A program made the position numbers and the translations under genes. Shown here piece after piece: positions 1 through 12,262 of a stretch of 64,000 bases of DNA; the first letter of the stretch is position 1, and the number at the start of each line of letters is the position of its first letter. The notes beneath the pieces were generated by a model that was given only the letters and a program-made list of their open reading frames with translations, was not told where the DNA came from and searched no databases. The DNA comes from Octopus bimaculoides (lineage: Eukaryota). Location: positions 42,230,775 to 42,294,774 of the forward strand of contig NC_068997.1 in the NCBI RefSeq assembly GCF_001194135.2, in the 5' to 3' direction.

Positions 1-421
1 TTAGCATCAGTGAGAGGAGCGAGTGCACCTCTATCATTCCATACACATATAAATACACCAACAATATCTTGATTCTCTTCTTTGGAATGTTGTTTTGCTT
101 CATATACCCGTGATCCTTACATTACAGAACATGTGCAAATCTTTGACTTTTAGCTTCTATCTTTGCTCAGTATACTTCATGTCTATCAAGTTACTTGATA
201 TCATTCTTTGCTCCACATCTTACTTCCAAGTTTTTTTCTAGGCTTATCTTTTTAGCTTTTAAATCTTTTACCTGTCTATGTTAAATGTTAAAATATCTGA
301 AGTAAGCTTAATATTCAAATTAATTAATGTTTTTTAGCTTTACCATAATCTTGAGAATGTATACGTGCAATATTTAAATTTACTCTACATTTCTATCAGT
401 TTCATCTTTGGTTATCTTCAG

Positions 422-534
422 GTGTTTTATTTATGAATAAACAGAAGATTCCAGACTGGATTTCAACAAGTTCCAATCCAGGACCATATACATATCCAGA
501 AAGAAAACCACAAATCCAATCATTTGAAACATAA
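422..534 (+). CDS. Possible terminal coding exon of an unidentified neighbouring gene ((G)VLFMNKQKIPDWISTSSNPGPYTYPERKPQIQSFET*)
   Basis: Pyrimidine-rich tract plus tcttcag|GT acceptor, open frame to TAA at 532-534, AATAAA near 767. No family recognised. Confidence 0.3.
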
Positions 535-1881
535 TACAGAAGTAAATGTTGTAAATATACATTCTAAAGACAGAAAATTGTAACTCTTGTAATTTGCATA
601 TAATAATGTTGTTGTTTTTGCTAGAGACAAAACTAATTTTCACAGGGAAGATGTGCAGCCATCTGATTCATCCACAGTATATTACTGGTACATATATGAG
701 CCTTTTTGTGGTCGTTCGACCTGCTAGAAATAGCAACCAAATTCTCAACTCAAACTACCATCTTAAATAAAGTAAAGACACAATGTCTAAAATACAGTTA
801 TACAATATCTTAATTGAAGATTGGATGGGCATTGCTAGAATGTCTTTGATGAAAGATTCAGCTCAATCACAACTGACATGGAGCTTCACAATAATTGATG
901 CATATTTCACTGAATTCAGTTGGATTTTAATTCAAATTATGAAGAGACAAACCAAGATATCATAAGAGATATGTAGTGAAACCTCTCTCTCGGGCATTCA
1001 ATCACAAATGATAACGAAGCGGCTAACATCTAGCCTTCGGCTGCCTTGGACCTTTCTGTCCACCATCCTGATTGGTTTTTATTTGCGCGGCAATTGTCCC
1101 CATGTTCTGCTTGCTAAGGGTGCATTACGTCCAATCGTGGCCTTCAGATAAGGTCACATGAGAGTATGAACTTCTTTCATTCTCAATCAATATATATCTA
1201 TAATAACATAAATACTTTGAAATTAAAAACATGTCTCTTATTAGCAGCACAGTTTTCCAAAACTAACATTTATTTATTTTAATTTTCAGAGGACTTTTCC
1301 AGGATGTAAGGCTAACAGATTGTGTTGTAACCATTTATGGTCAATATTTGGTAACCACAAAAGATTTTGCCCAAATACCAAGCTATAAACTACTTTATAT
1401 ATTCAAGTTAATTTAATGTAGTTAACACTAAAAAACTATTATATAAAAATGCATCACTGCATAATTATTTTTAAATAGCATTCTAATACTCACAGTATTA
1501 AATATTGCTATTGTTTTTAATGCCGCCACATTAAGTATTTTTATTATTGTTATTTTTTTTTACAGATGTCATCTAAGTAATTAATATCAGTGATTCATTA
1601 AAAAAAATTTTTTTTTGTCAACTGGGAGGAGGTGTGATGCTGGAATAGAGTGGTTTGAAGCCAAATGCAGGAGACTGCATGAAGAGAGGAGGTGACCTCA
1701 TCAAAAACCCACTGCAGCAGTTGTTCAGGATCTGTATATCTTATATTGGTTTGTCAGCCACATTGTCGCCCATGAGAAGCAATGTACTAGAGGAGGAGGA
1801 GGAGGAGGATGAATGTCTTGAATCAAAACTGTCATCACCATTGATGGGCTGTCATAGGCGTTATTTTTAAAACACAAAAGC

Positions 1882-2100
1882 AGTGAGCTGGCAGGATTGT
1901 TAGTGCAGCAGACAAAATGCTTAATGGCATTTCTTCCAGCTCTTTCTCCTTACACACTGCGCCCAAATTCCACCTAGGTCAGTTTTGCCTTTCATCCTTT
2001 CAAGGTCAATAAAATAATGTATCAGTCAAGGACTAGGGTCAATGTAGATGTCTTGCTCCCCTCCTTTCAAAATTGCTTGCCTTGAGCTAAAATTAAGAAC
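1882..2100 (+). mobile_element. Old tRNA-derived SINE copy (family B), CpG-decayed
   Basis: Aligns by eye with the copies at 29333 and 37700, with CG replaced by TG/CA. Confidence 0.7.
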
Positions 2101-2245
2101 TGTTATTTTTCAAAATACATTTGCTTCACATACATCAGCACTGGCACAACTGTTTGGTTAAGAAGCTCACTTTGCAACCGTGTGGTCTTGAGTTCAGTCC
2201 TACTGCATGGCACCTTAGATAAGAATCTTCTACTTGTGTAGAAGT

Positions 2246-2291
<46 letters not shown>

Positions 2292-2900
2292 NNNNNNNNN
2301 NNNNNNNNNNNNNNNNNNNNNNNNNNNNNNNNNNNNNNNNNNNNNNNNNNNNNNNNNNNNNNNNNNNNNNNNNNNNNNNNNNNNNNNNNNNNNNNNNNNN
2401 NNNNNNNNNNNNNNNNNNNNNNNNNNNNNNNNNNNNNNNNNNNNNNNNNNNNNNNNNNNNNNNNNNNNNNNNNNNNNNNNNNNNNNNNNNNNNNNNNNNN
2501 NNNNNNNNNNNNNNNNNNNNNNNNNNNNNNNNNNNNNNNNNNNNNNNNNNNNNNNNNNNNNNNNNNNNNNNNNNNNNNNNNNNNNNNNNNNNNNNNNNNN
2601 NNNNNNNNNNNNNNNNNNNNNNNNNNNNNNNNNNNNNNNNNNNNNNNNNNNNNNNNNNNNNNNNNNNNNNNNNNNNNNNNNNNNNNNNNNNNNNNNNNNN
2701 NNNNNNNNNNNNNNNNNNNNNNNNNNNNNNNNNNNNNNNNNNNNNNNNNNNNNNNNNNNNNNNNNNNNNNNNNNNNNNNNNNNNNNNNNNNNNNNNNNNN
2801 NNNNNNNNNNNNNNNNNNNNNNNNNNNNNNNNNNNNNNNNNNNNNNNNNNNNNNNNNNNNNNNNNNNNNNNNNNNNNNNNNNNNNNNNNNNNNNNNNNNT
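2292..2900. other. Assembly gap (N run) next to (TA)n
   Basis: N characters. Confidence 1.
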
Positions 2901-3028
2901 ATTCTTTGTAAGCCTAGTACTTATTCTATCAGACTCTTTTGCTGAACCGCTAAGTTACGGGGATGTAAACACACCAGCATCGGTTGTCAAGCGATGTTGT
3001 GGGGACAAACACAGACACACAAACATAT

Positions 3029-3067
<39 letters not shown>

Positions 3068-3232
3068 CATATATACGACGGGCTTCTTTCAGTTTTCCGT
3101 CTACCAAATCCACTCACAAGGCTTTGGTCGGCCCGAGGCTATAGTAGAAGACACTTGCCCAAGGTGCCACGCAGTGGGAATGAACCCAGAACCATGTGGT
3201 CGGTAAGCAAGCTACTTACCACACAGCCACTC
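2901..3232 (-). mobile_element. tRNA-derived CORE-type SINE (family A)
   Basis: Reverse complement of the 16667 copy: tRNA-like head, ggcaccttgggcaagtgtc CORE-like segment, internal (TA/CA)n. Confidence 0.85.
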
Positions 3233-4651
3233 CTTACATAGCAACTGCCTAGCTAGTAATATTCATTAGTTGTTTATTGTTCATGAGATGAATTCAACAT
3301 ACTCTAATATTTGACTTTCTTCAAAGAGTTGTTACACAACTAGACTGTGTAATGGCATTTCCAGTTATCTGCTGACTTTGCAACTAACTTGACTGTTTAA
3401 AAGAAAAGCAACACTAATTTGAGTTAACAAAGGTTACTATATTTATTTGTGTATAATACATGTTTCTTATTTTAGATTTATAACTTTAGAATTCAGGGTT
3501 TGGTACTATACACAACTAAATGGTACCAGTTTTTCTGACCATTTTTTTATCTTTTATTTTTTTACTTGTTTCAGCCATTTGACTTGAGCCATGCTGCAGC
3601 ACCAACTCAAAGGAGTTTAGACAAACAATTCAAGCCCAGGACCTTTTTTTTTAAGCCTAATACTTATTTCATTGGTTTCATTTGCTAGGGACATATACAC
3701 ATCAACACCAGTTGTCAAGCAGTGGTGGTACTGGGGGTGGCATAGGGTGCAAGCACAAAAACACATATATATTCTTTTACTTGTTTCAGTCATTTGATTG
3801 CAGGCCATGCTGGGGTACCACCTTTAGTCGAGCAGGATTTATTCTTTGTAAACCTAGTACTTATTCTATCAGTCTCTTTTGCCAAGGTACCAGCATCGGT
3901 TGTCAAGTGATGTTGGGGGACAAACACAGACACACAAACATATACACACACTATCACTCTTTATTTTAAATGTATTTCAAGGTAATAAAATCAAAAATAG
4001 TAAAGTCATCATCAATTTACTTCCTGGTATAGCTTGAACAAGTGATTGCAGTTCAAGTGAGCACTTAAGCAGAGTTATTCCCCTCCAAATCAAATAAAAA
4101 AAAACGGTCGTTTCACTCACATTCCATTGTGGCGTGGTTCTTAAGTTAGATATCCTTCTTAAAACCAACACTTAACAGTGACAAGAATTAATTTTCTCAT
4201 TCTTGTTTGTTTTTACCCCCATTTTCTATGCTAGTCTACATAGAAAATTTTTTGTTGGAATACTTTTGTAGTCAAATATTCTCAACTGTAAAGAAGTAGC
4301 ATCTGTTTTATCAAATATTAAACAGAGCTGTGTGCTGGATTCAGGAGCAGAAATACAATGATTTGTACTCATAACTGCATGGTAAGAATGTACAGAATCC
4401 GCATGGGCTCCTTTCTTTGAGAAAGGACTCAGAGTAAACAGAATCAGAATGAATTCTCATAGTCATGTGTTGCTTAACCCCAGGACAGTCCTGCTCAACC
4501 AGATCTATGATCAACAAGTCTCATTGCAACCATCTCACCTTTTTGTTGCAGCATCTACATTGTGTAATGTGTATTATTTTTTGAAGATGGCACAGTGTGA
4601 TTTGAGTGAGATTTGGCCACTATTTTTGTTAGGTTGAGTGATGATGTAGAG

Positions 4652-4877
4652 CAGAGGTTCTCAACAAGAGTCCTTATAAGATTTTGTTAAAATTTATGTG
4701 CAATAAATTGGTTATACTTCAATACACAAAATATTTCAACAATTTTTTGATACAATTCTTAATAATATTTAATAAAATATAATGAGGCTTTTTAAAACAT
4801 GGAATGGTTATGAGAGTCCATTCAAGTAAAATAGGAATCAAAGGGGTTCATAGGCAAAAAACGGTTGAGAAACACTG
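4652..4877. mobile_element. hAT-type MITE
   Basis: TIRs cagaggttctcaac / gttgagaaacactg; 8-bp flanks atgtagag / acgtagat (6/8 match). Confidence 0.75.
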
Positions 4878-5073
4878 ACGTAGATAGCGGTTCCCTCATT
4901 TACTTACATTCATATATAGTTTTACTGTGAAATTAAGACCACCGCAAAGACCTCTGTGGTAGTTTCCAATGAGGATTGAACTGACTGACTGGCTTGTTAT
5001 TTAATAACTCAATAAGATTAGACATTGGTAAAATTCACAAGTCACAGTCAAATTTGCTTTGTTTCATTTAGGA

Positions 5074-5341
5074 CAGGGGTTTACAAACTGTGGTCCGTGG
5101 ACCACAGGGGGTCCGCAAGGACAAGACAGTGGACAGCAAATACTTTTTATGGGCAATTTGATTTTATATATGTTTTTTAATCGAAATCTTTTAATTGACA
5201 ATAAACCTATTTGTTAAATAGTTAAATAAATAAATGTAAAAATATGTTATTTTAAGCAAATATTTATGTATAAATTTCATAAGCGTTTATAAAGCCTAAA
5301 ATATAAAGGGGTCCGCAAGTCAAAAAGTTTGAAAACCCCTG
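5074..5341. mobile_element. hAT (Charlie-like) MITE
   Basis: TIRs caggggtttacaaact / agtttgaaaacccctg; perfect 8-bp TSD atttagga. A second copy lies at 44111. Confidence 0.92.
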
Positions 5342-6374
5342 ATTTAGGATACTTTAATTTTCTCAATGTATTTTATATGAGTAAATGTAATAAACCTGAC
5401 TAAACACACTTTTTTTCCATATATTCTGATACTAAAGAAATGGTCAAAGTGGCCTCTAAATTTTAGAAGTCAATCATCATTTTAACATCTAGTTTTCCAT
5501 ACATGCCTGAATCAGATTTTATTGAGAAAGATTTTCTACAACCAGATACCTTTCCTGTTACCAACCTTTACCTGTTTCCAATTAAGGCAATATATCATCA
5601 TCAACATCCATTTTCCATGCTGGCAAGGAGTGGACAGATTGACAGGAACTGGCAAGGCCAGGGGCCACACCAGATTCCATAGTCTGTTTTGGTTTGGTTT
5701 CTACAACTAGATGCCCTTCCTAACACCTACCACTTTACAGAGTGTGCTGGATGCTTTTCTACATGGCACCAGCACCCACGCCAATGCTTTTGACGTGACA
5801 CCTTGATTTTAGGATCTCAATTCTGTTGTGAGTGGGTCTTCTTGGGTACAGCAATGTGCCACATATCTCTGTCATCTTTCTAAGGCTCATTGTTTTGAGA
5901 TTAGCCATCAATACTTTGTTCCATATGACAGGCTTCTTTCAGTTTCCACTGACCAAATCTACTCACAAAGCTTTGGTCAGCTCAGGGCTATAATAGAAGA
6001 CACTTGCCCAAGGTGTCACACAGTAAGACTGAACCTGGAACCATGCAGTTGGAAAGCAAGCTTCTTAACCACAGAGTCATGCTTGCAATTGTGCACAAAA
6101 GTCTCATGTAATTTTCTTCTGTAACAAATATGCAGATTGAATGTTTAAGAAATATATTTATAACTTACTACATTGTTTTAGGTAATTGTTAGTGAACTCA
6201 TTAATCAGCTGCTAGTATATTTGGAATCACCATCCCGAATATCCCTAAGAACAGGTTTAACTTGCAAAATAGAAGTTTTTTCTTTATATTTTCTTTTTAT
6301 TATTTTCTTTGGCCAGTTTTATATAGAAGTACAGTAAAGAAGGATATTAAACACAGACAACTTGAAATACAGAT

Positions 6375-6380
6375 TTTATT
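6375..6380 (-). terminator. Candidate polyadenylation signal of HIF1AN
   Basis: AATAAA on the minus strand about 460 nt after the stop, followed by GU-rich ttgtctgtgttt. Not confirmed by any transcript. Confidence 0.45.
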
Positions 6381-6578
6381 GCTGAAAGAACAAGTTAGAA
6401 ATATGTCTCTGATTTCAGGCATAAGATAAAATCTTTGTGTGTGTGTGTGTGAGTGTATGTACATCTTAACATGTATATTATTATATACCAGTTTGTGCTA
6501 TTGCATTAACCAAGGTCAGAGCCAATATTGGTTACATACACACATATATGTACACAGATAAATACAAATATTTATATG

Positions 6579-6612
<34 letters not shown>

Positions 6613-6842
6613 AAACATATGTACATACTTATATACACATATATATGACACATTTATACTCATATACATATATATTTTAAACAATATAGTATGATGAATC
6701 CAAAATGTTGATATTGGAGTGCAAACCAGTTCTGAAGTTAACAGTCAGACAAGATATTTGCATATTAAATAGCATTCATTCAAAATTCCAGTCCTCCTGT
6801 TTTGAATGATTCTTGGGTTTCATTTCTTCTTGGTTAGTCAGG

Positions 6843-6887
6843 CTAAGTATACCTTCCAAGGACCATTGTTCTCATAAATGGAGCAAC
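6843..6887 (-). CDS. HIF1AN: HIF1AN terminal coding exon 8 (VAPFMRTMVLGRYT*)
   Basis: Acceptor ttttttgcag|GTT; stop TAG at 6845-6843; 45 nt. Matches human VGPLLNTMIKGRYN*. Confidence 0.95.
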   Translation of the reverse strand, partial: VAPFMRTMVLGRYT

Positions 6888-7134
6888 CTGCAAAAAAGAT
6901 AATGTTTCACAAGTTACATTGGCGAGACAAAACTGCAGTTGTATCATGGTAAAGATATTAAAGATAGCCGTGTTGCAATTTGGTGGCATTGTGTGTCTCA
7001 ATGACCCTGAGAGCTATGCCAGAGGAGATCAAGTTCCTGGTAAGGCTTCACATGCTGGACAGGTCAAAGGATAGAGGCCAGACTAATATGTTGGTTACAC
7101 ATACACATATGTACACACACGCACATATATATAT

Positions 7135-7367
7135 ATATATAATTTAGAGAAAAGAACCAAAGTTCCTGAATTCATCCATGAAAATCCAGTCACATATAGA
7201 AAAATTTAATAAGTAAATACACTAAAAAGAACTATAATAAAATACAAAGTAATAATCATTTTATTATAGTTCTTTTTAGTGTATTTACTTATTAAATTTT
7301 TCTATATGTGAGTGTGGATTTTCATGGATGAGTTCATGAACTTTGGTTCTTTTCTCTAAATTATATA
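7135..7367. repeat. Long foldback inverted repeat (arms about 110 bp, loop about 15 nt) within a (TA)n-flanked repeat element
   Basis: 7141 aatttagagaaaagaaccaaagttc...actataataaaa mirrors ttttattatagt...gaactttggttcttttctctaaatt. The right arm plus its extension recurs at about 53655-53820. Confidence 0.9.
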
Positions 7368-7548
7368 TTTATATATTATATACTGTGAAACTTAATTTAA
7401 TTTTAATCTTTGATAAATTGAATTTAATTGAGTTTTTACCTGTAAATTTGGATTTTTATCCCTGATATTATATATATATATATATATTTCGTAAGGCACA
7501 AAAAAGAAAATGACTCTCCCCAGACACAACAGAATAATATATATATAT

Positions 7549-7717
7549 NNNNNNNNNNNNNNNNNNNNNNNNNNNNNNNNNNNNNNNNNNNNNNNNNNNN
7601 NNNNNNNNNNNNNNNNNNNNNNNNNNNNNNNNNNNNNNNNNNNNNNNNNNNNNNNNNNNNNNNNNNNNNNNNNNNNNNNNNNNNNNNNNNNNNNNNNNNN
7701 NNNNNNNNNNNNNNNNN
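7549..7717. other. Assembly gap
   Basis: N characters. Confidence 1.
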
Positions 7718-8290
7718 TATATCATCATCGTCGTTTAACGTCCGCTTTCCATGCTAGCATGGGTTGGACGATTTGACTGAGAACTGTCATCTCCTCAAAA
7801 AGGTTCAGTGTCTTGAGAGTGTTCTAATTCAGGACCAGATGTCCTTGGAAGGGAATTTTTGTCCATAACCTACTTTTCATAACAGAATGACACAATATCA
7901 AGGTAAATGGAGACCCCTTTAACACAAGACAGCATGAGAAAGTAAATACTGATTTCAAATTTTGGCACAAGGCCAGCAATTTCTGGGAGTTGGGGTTTAG
8001 TCAATTACATCAACCCCCATGCTCAACTGGTACTTATTTTATCAACTCTAAAATGATGAAAGACAAAATCAACCTCAGTGGAATTAGAACTCGGAACAAA
8101 GCATTTTGCCCAGCATGCTATGATTCTGATAGCTAGCTGCTTTGCATGAGAAAATAAATATTAAAACATTGATGATATTGATGGTGGTGGTGGTGGTGGT
8201 GGTGGTGGTGGCAATGACGATGGTGATAATGATGATGATGATTTTTACTTTTGACAATATTTGTATAATAGTGTATCAAGAAGAACTTAC

Positions 8291-8398
8291 CTCATTTATA
8301 TCTCCAAGAGCATCTGTTACCATTTTCTCTATGTTTCTCATGATGGCAATCTTCTGAGAAGCTGCCAATGGATATGTGACTGTTTGCTGACATGAATT
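8291..8398 (-). CDS. HIF1AN: HIF1AN coding exon 7 (NSCQQTVTYPLAASQKIAIMRNIEKMVTDALGDINE)
   Basis: Acceptor ttttgtag|AAT; donor GAG|GTAAGT; 108 nt. YPL..QK.AIMRNIEKM is the FIH C-terminal dimerisation helix region. Confidence 0.95.
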
Positions 8399-9385
8399 CT
8401 ACAAAACAATTCAAAGAATTTTATAAAAATACATTTAAAAAAATATACTTAACACGTTCACTGCCACATGTACCACTGGTGATTCTACACAAATTCCACA
8501 CAACCACCATATGCACCACCGGTGATGGTACATTTTCAAAATTTGAGGAAATATTTTTTATCCTGTCTGTTCAATATGGTCTTGAGGATATTTAGATAAC
8601 ATGAGTGCTAAATACTGATTTCAAATTTTGGCATAGGGCCAGCAAATTCAGGAAGCTGGGGGATAAATTGATTGCACTGACCACCAGTGTCGAACTGGTA
8701 CTTATTTTATTAACCCTGAAAGGATAACCTTGGTGGAATTTGAACTCATAACGTGAAGACAGACAAAATGCTGCTAAGCATTTTGCCCATTGTTCTAACA
8801 ATTTTGCCAGTCCGCCACCTTAATGAGTGCTAAATATTAAAGTTTAATTATAAAATATTGTAAAAATGCAAAAAAATTATATTTCCGTGTATATAGTGTG
8901 AAGTTCCAGAAACAGACTATGTCAATGAAAGTATTAATCATTACTGTGTCTTAAGAAATAATCAGGTAACAAGAAATGGTAACTTTTCCACAGAAAGAAT
9001 TTATCAAAGCAGAACAACATCTTAACTAATTTTTACCTTCTTGTGTAAATGATAATTATTAAACTAACAAAAACAGTCTTCCCTTCTCATAAGGACTGCA
9101 CAGCATCCATCATCATCATCATCATCATCCAGTGTTTTAAATCCGGGTTTTGTCCTTGTTAACAGGGGGTGGCCAGATCTACCTCAATGCCATAGCAACT
9201 GAGGCAGGCAGGTGCAGCCCACCCCAACCTTTGGGCTGGCTGATGCCCATTTTTTCACACTTGCTGAAGCATGGGATTAACTACCTGTAGGGATACTACA
9301 TCATTCAATACATCCATGCTTCCTGAAATTTGCCAACAGCACACCTGATCCACACTACTTTTTTCCTTAAATGACTCATTTTAAA

Positions 9386-9904
9386 CAGGGTCCATATTAG
9401 ATTTTTAGAGGTCCATGCAAGCATAATAGTAGGTCGGGGACCCACAATAATATTTTAACCATTTAGTATTCAGATTACTATATCAAATGTAATGCTCATT
9501 TAATCACACTATTTTTAATTAATCATGCATTATCTTATAGCTTTGAGATTTTGATGATGCGATTGCTTATTTTTAGAATGACATCATCGGATAGGTTTGA
9601 GAGGCTGGATCTGGCTGGTTTGAACATAAAACAGGTAGAATAATATCTGGGCTGGATATGGCTGGGGTAAATACTAAAGGGAAAAATTTTGCTTTAGATG
9701 TATTTATTGTAAGAAACAGTGAGATTTCTTTCTCTAACATTTTACGTAGTTCAACCTACAGAAGTTGATGTGTGAAAAGCAAAATAGGAATTTTGAAAGA
9801 AATACTTATAAAATCAGATTTTAAACATCAAATGGTTATGGGATTCCACCAAAACAGAAAAGTAATCAAAGAGGTCCATAGGTAAAAGGTCCTCAAAAAT
9901 ACTG
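9386..9904. mobile_element. hAT-type MITE (same family as 30064) interrupted by a piggyBac-type MITE
   Basis: Shares gggtccata..., aattttgctttagatgta... and aaataggaattttgaaaga with 30064-30755. Boundaries approximate. Confidence 0.65.
9459..9681. mobile_element. piggyBac-type MITE (second family)
   Basis: TTAA then ccatttagtattca ... taaatactaaaggg as imperfect TIRs; the right TTAA is lost. Confidence 0.55.
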
Positions 9905-10053
9905 ACTGTAAAGTATTTATGAAGGGACAGATAGGTGAAAGGCATCGCTGTGTAGTTAAGAAGATCGTTTTGCATCCACATGGCTTTGGGTTCAGTCCCA
10001 CTTTGTAACCCCTTGGGCAAATGTCTTCTACTATAGCCCCAATCCGTCCAATA

Positions 10054-10088
<35 letters not shown>

Positions 10089-10579
10089 ACGGGCTTCTTT
10101 CAGTTTCAGTCTACCAAATCCACTCACAAGGCTTTGGTTGGCCTGAGGTTATAGTAGAAAACACTTGCCCAAAGTGCCACACAGTGGAACTGAACTCAGA
10201 ACCATGTGATTGAGAAGTAAGCTTCTTACCACACAGCCATGCCTGCACCTATACGGACATTTTGAAAATACTACACGGAGTGACGACTGTGCCCTGCACA
10301 ATTATGGGCTGCCCTTTGGCAAGGCACAACATCTGTTCAGCCACCCTGCCAGTAATACAGTGAGGTCATGGGACTGCAGCATGGCAGATTGTGAAGAGAT
10401 AGTGGAAGAACTCAACTAAACGAAAGGTGCTTCTTACTTTGGTGCAAAGCAGAGGAATCCTCGAAGATCAATGGTCGAGATCATCAAGCTCTACCAAGAG
10501 AGTAACTGCAACACATTCATTAGGGTGGCATCCATGGTTGTGTAATCACTATGACTCAATCTCCCAATTCAAATTCATA

Positions 10580-10795
10580 ATAATCTTTTCTACTCTAGGC
10601 ACAAGGCCTGTAATTTTTGGGGAGGGGGCCAGTTGATTAGATCAACCCCAGTACGCAACTGGTACTTAATTTATTGACCATGAAAAGATGAAAGGCAAAG
10701 TTAACCTTAGTGGAATTTGAACTCAGAACATAAAGACAGACGAAATACCGCTAAGCATTTCGCCCGGCGTGCTAGCGTTTTTGCCAGCTCGCCGC
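10580..10795 (-). mobile_element. tRNA-derived SINE (family B), young copy
   Basis: Reverse complement reads gcggcgagctggcaaaaacgctagcacgccgggcgaaatgcttagcggtatttcg...gagttcaaattcc (box-B-like). Confidence 0.85.
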
Positions 10796-10801
10796 TGGAA
10801 C

Positions 10802-10921
10802 TGGATGGAGACAGTGAATAATGGAATTGGATGGAGAGAATGAATAATGGAATTGGATGGAGACAGTGAATAATGGAATTGGATGGAGACAGTGAATAAT
10901 GGAATTGGATGGAGACAGTGA
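10802..10921. repeat. Minisatellite, 26-bp unit, about 4.6 copies
   Basis: Unit tggatggagacagtgaataatggaat, no spacers. Confidence 0.95.
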
Positions 10922-11098
10922 GTCACAGGAATCTGTGAAAGCAGTAATAAAAAAAAAATTTAATACTTGTTTGACTAAAAACCCTTCAAGGCATTGCTCC
11001 AGCATGGCCGCAGCCAAATGACTGAAACAAATAAAAGAATAAAAGAAAGTTAATATAAAAGTGATAATAAATATATAAAACGCTATACTTACTCTTAC

Positions 11099-11162
11099 TT
11101 TATACCAAAAATTGATTGATATGGTTACACCCTTTTGGGGTAATGATTCAATCTGGTGCCAC
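11099..11162 (-). CDS. HIF1AN: HIF1AN coding exon 6, distal His ligand ((W)WHQIESLPQKGVTISINFWYK)
   Basis: Acceptor ggctcag|G; donor AAA|GTAAGA; 64 nt, phase 2 to 0. WWH corresponds to human H279. Confidence 0.97.
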
Positions 11163-11887
11163 CTGAGCCAAAATAAAGGAAACAAAAAAACATTACAAAG
11201 AATGAGAAAATGAAAGAAAAGGAAAATAAAGGAAACTTCTAACAATGCAGAAAGCTTTACAGAAAGCCTTTATATTTTGGGTACAATCTTGAGAAGGAAG
11301 AAGTCCAAGAAATGTGTATTTGCACCAATCTCATCATTTTATTTTAAACCACTCAGCGTTTAACGGTCAGAGATCTCAAAACCAGAAATATATACAGAAA
11401 GTTCATAGGTCTTAAATTTATGATTGCCAAAACAACAAAAATATTGCCTTAACTTTATTTTATATAATTTTTCTTTTCAGCAAAGTACTGCATTTTTATA
11501 CAGCTCCCTTTCATGTTCATTTCGCACAATACAACATGTTAAAAACAAAGCACAGAATGTGTGTGGGGGGATATAATATTCAGTTGAAGTTGGCTGCATT
11601 AAGCTTCTTGCGTGTGTTCCTGAACAAGTGCATACACAAGAACAAAGGCATTCCAGTCTGAAGCATCCCATCTTTTCATCAGGTATAGTTTTATCTAGAA
11701 TTACCTCATCTAATGTGTCCTTCCCTTTTTCCAAGATGGTAGGGTGTGATTTAAGAGATTTGGCTGTTGTTTCTAGCGATGACAAGTGGTATGTAACAAC
11801 TCAGCTAACATTTCTATATTTAAGAGATGAGGAATTATGTACATTATTTACATTTGACGGATATTTGTCCTCATCTTGTTTGTTGTT

Positions 11888-11933
11888 AACACACTGTTTC
11901 GGCTGATTTACCCTCCAGCCTTCATCAGGTGTC
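11888..11933 (-). ncRNA. Hammerhead motif, mutated at stem III and the cleavage triplet
   Basis: gacac-CTGATGA-a-ggctg..cagcc-GAAA-CAGT-gtgtt. The family consensus in the other copies is GAAA-CGTT. Confidence 0.55.
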
Positions 11934-12216
11934 TTGGGGAAATTTCAAACCTGGGTTCTCATTCCTAAGGTATTTTTCAATGATGTTGTTGTTATTATTA
12001 TTATTATTATTATTATTCAGGTCACTGCCTGGAATCGAACTTGGAATCTTGGGGTTAGTAACCCGCAGTCTTAACCCCAAGATTTTGAGTTCGATTCCAG
12101 GCAGTGACCTGAACAACAACAACAACGACAGCAGCAGCAGCAGCAGCAACAGCAACAACAACAACAACATCGAAAAATACCTAAGGAATGAGAACACAGG
12201 CTCGAAATTTCCTCAA

Positions 12217-12262
12217 GACACCTGATGAAGGCTGGAGGGTATATCAGCTGAAACGTTGTGTT
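12217..12262 (+). ncRNA. Minimal type-I hammerhead ribozyme motif (stem II closing pair G-U)
   Basis: gacac-CTGATGA-a-ggctg[gagggtatat]cagct-GAAA-CG-T-T-gtgtt: stem I gacac/gtgtt and an ACGU palindrome in place of stem III. Confidence 0.7.

Noticed and set aside
1020-1160. GC-richer patch with CCAAT-like boxes
   Set aside because: No linked exon or start site; could be a transposon relic; nothing diagnostic.
10802-10921. CRISPR-like regular repeats
   Set aside because: Contiguous 26-bp units with no unique spacers, in a eukaryotic context; this is a minisatellite.
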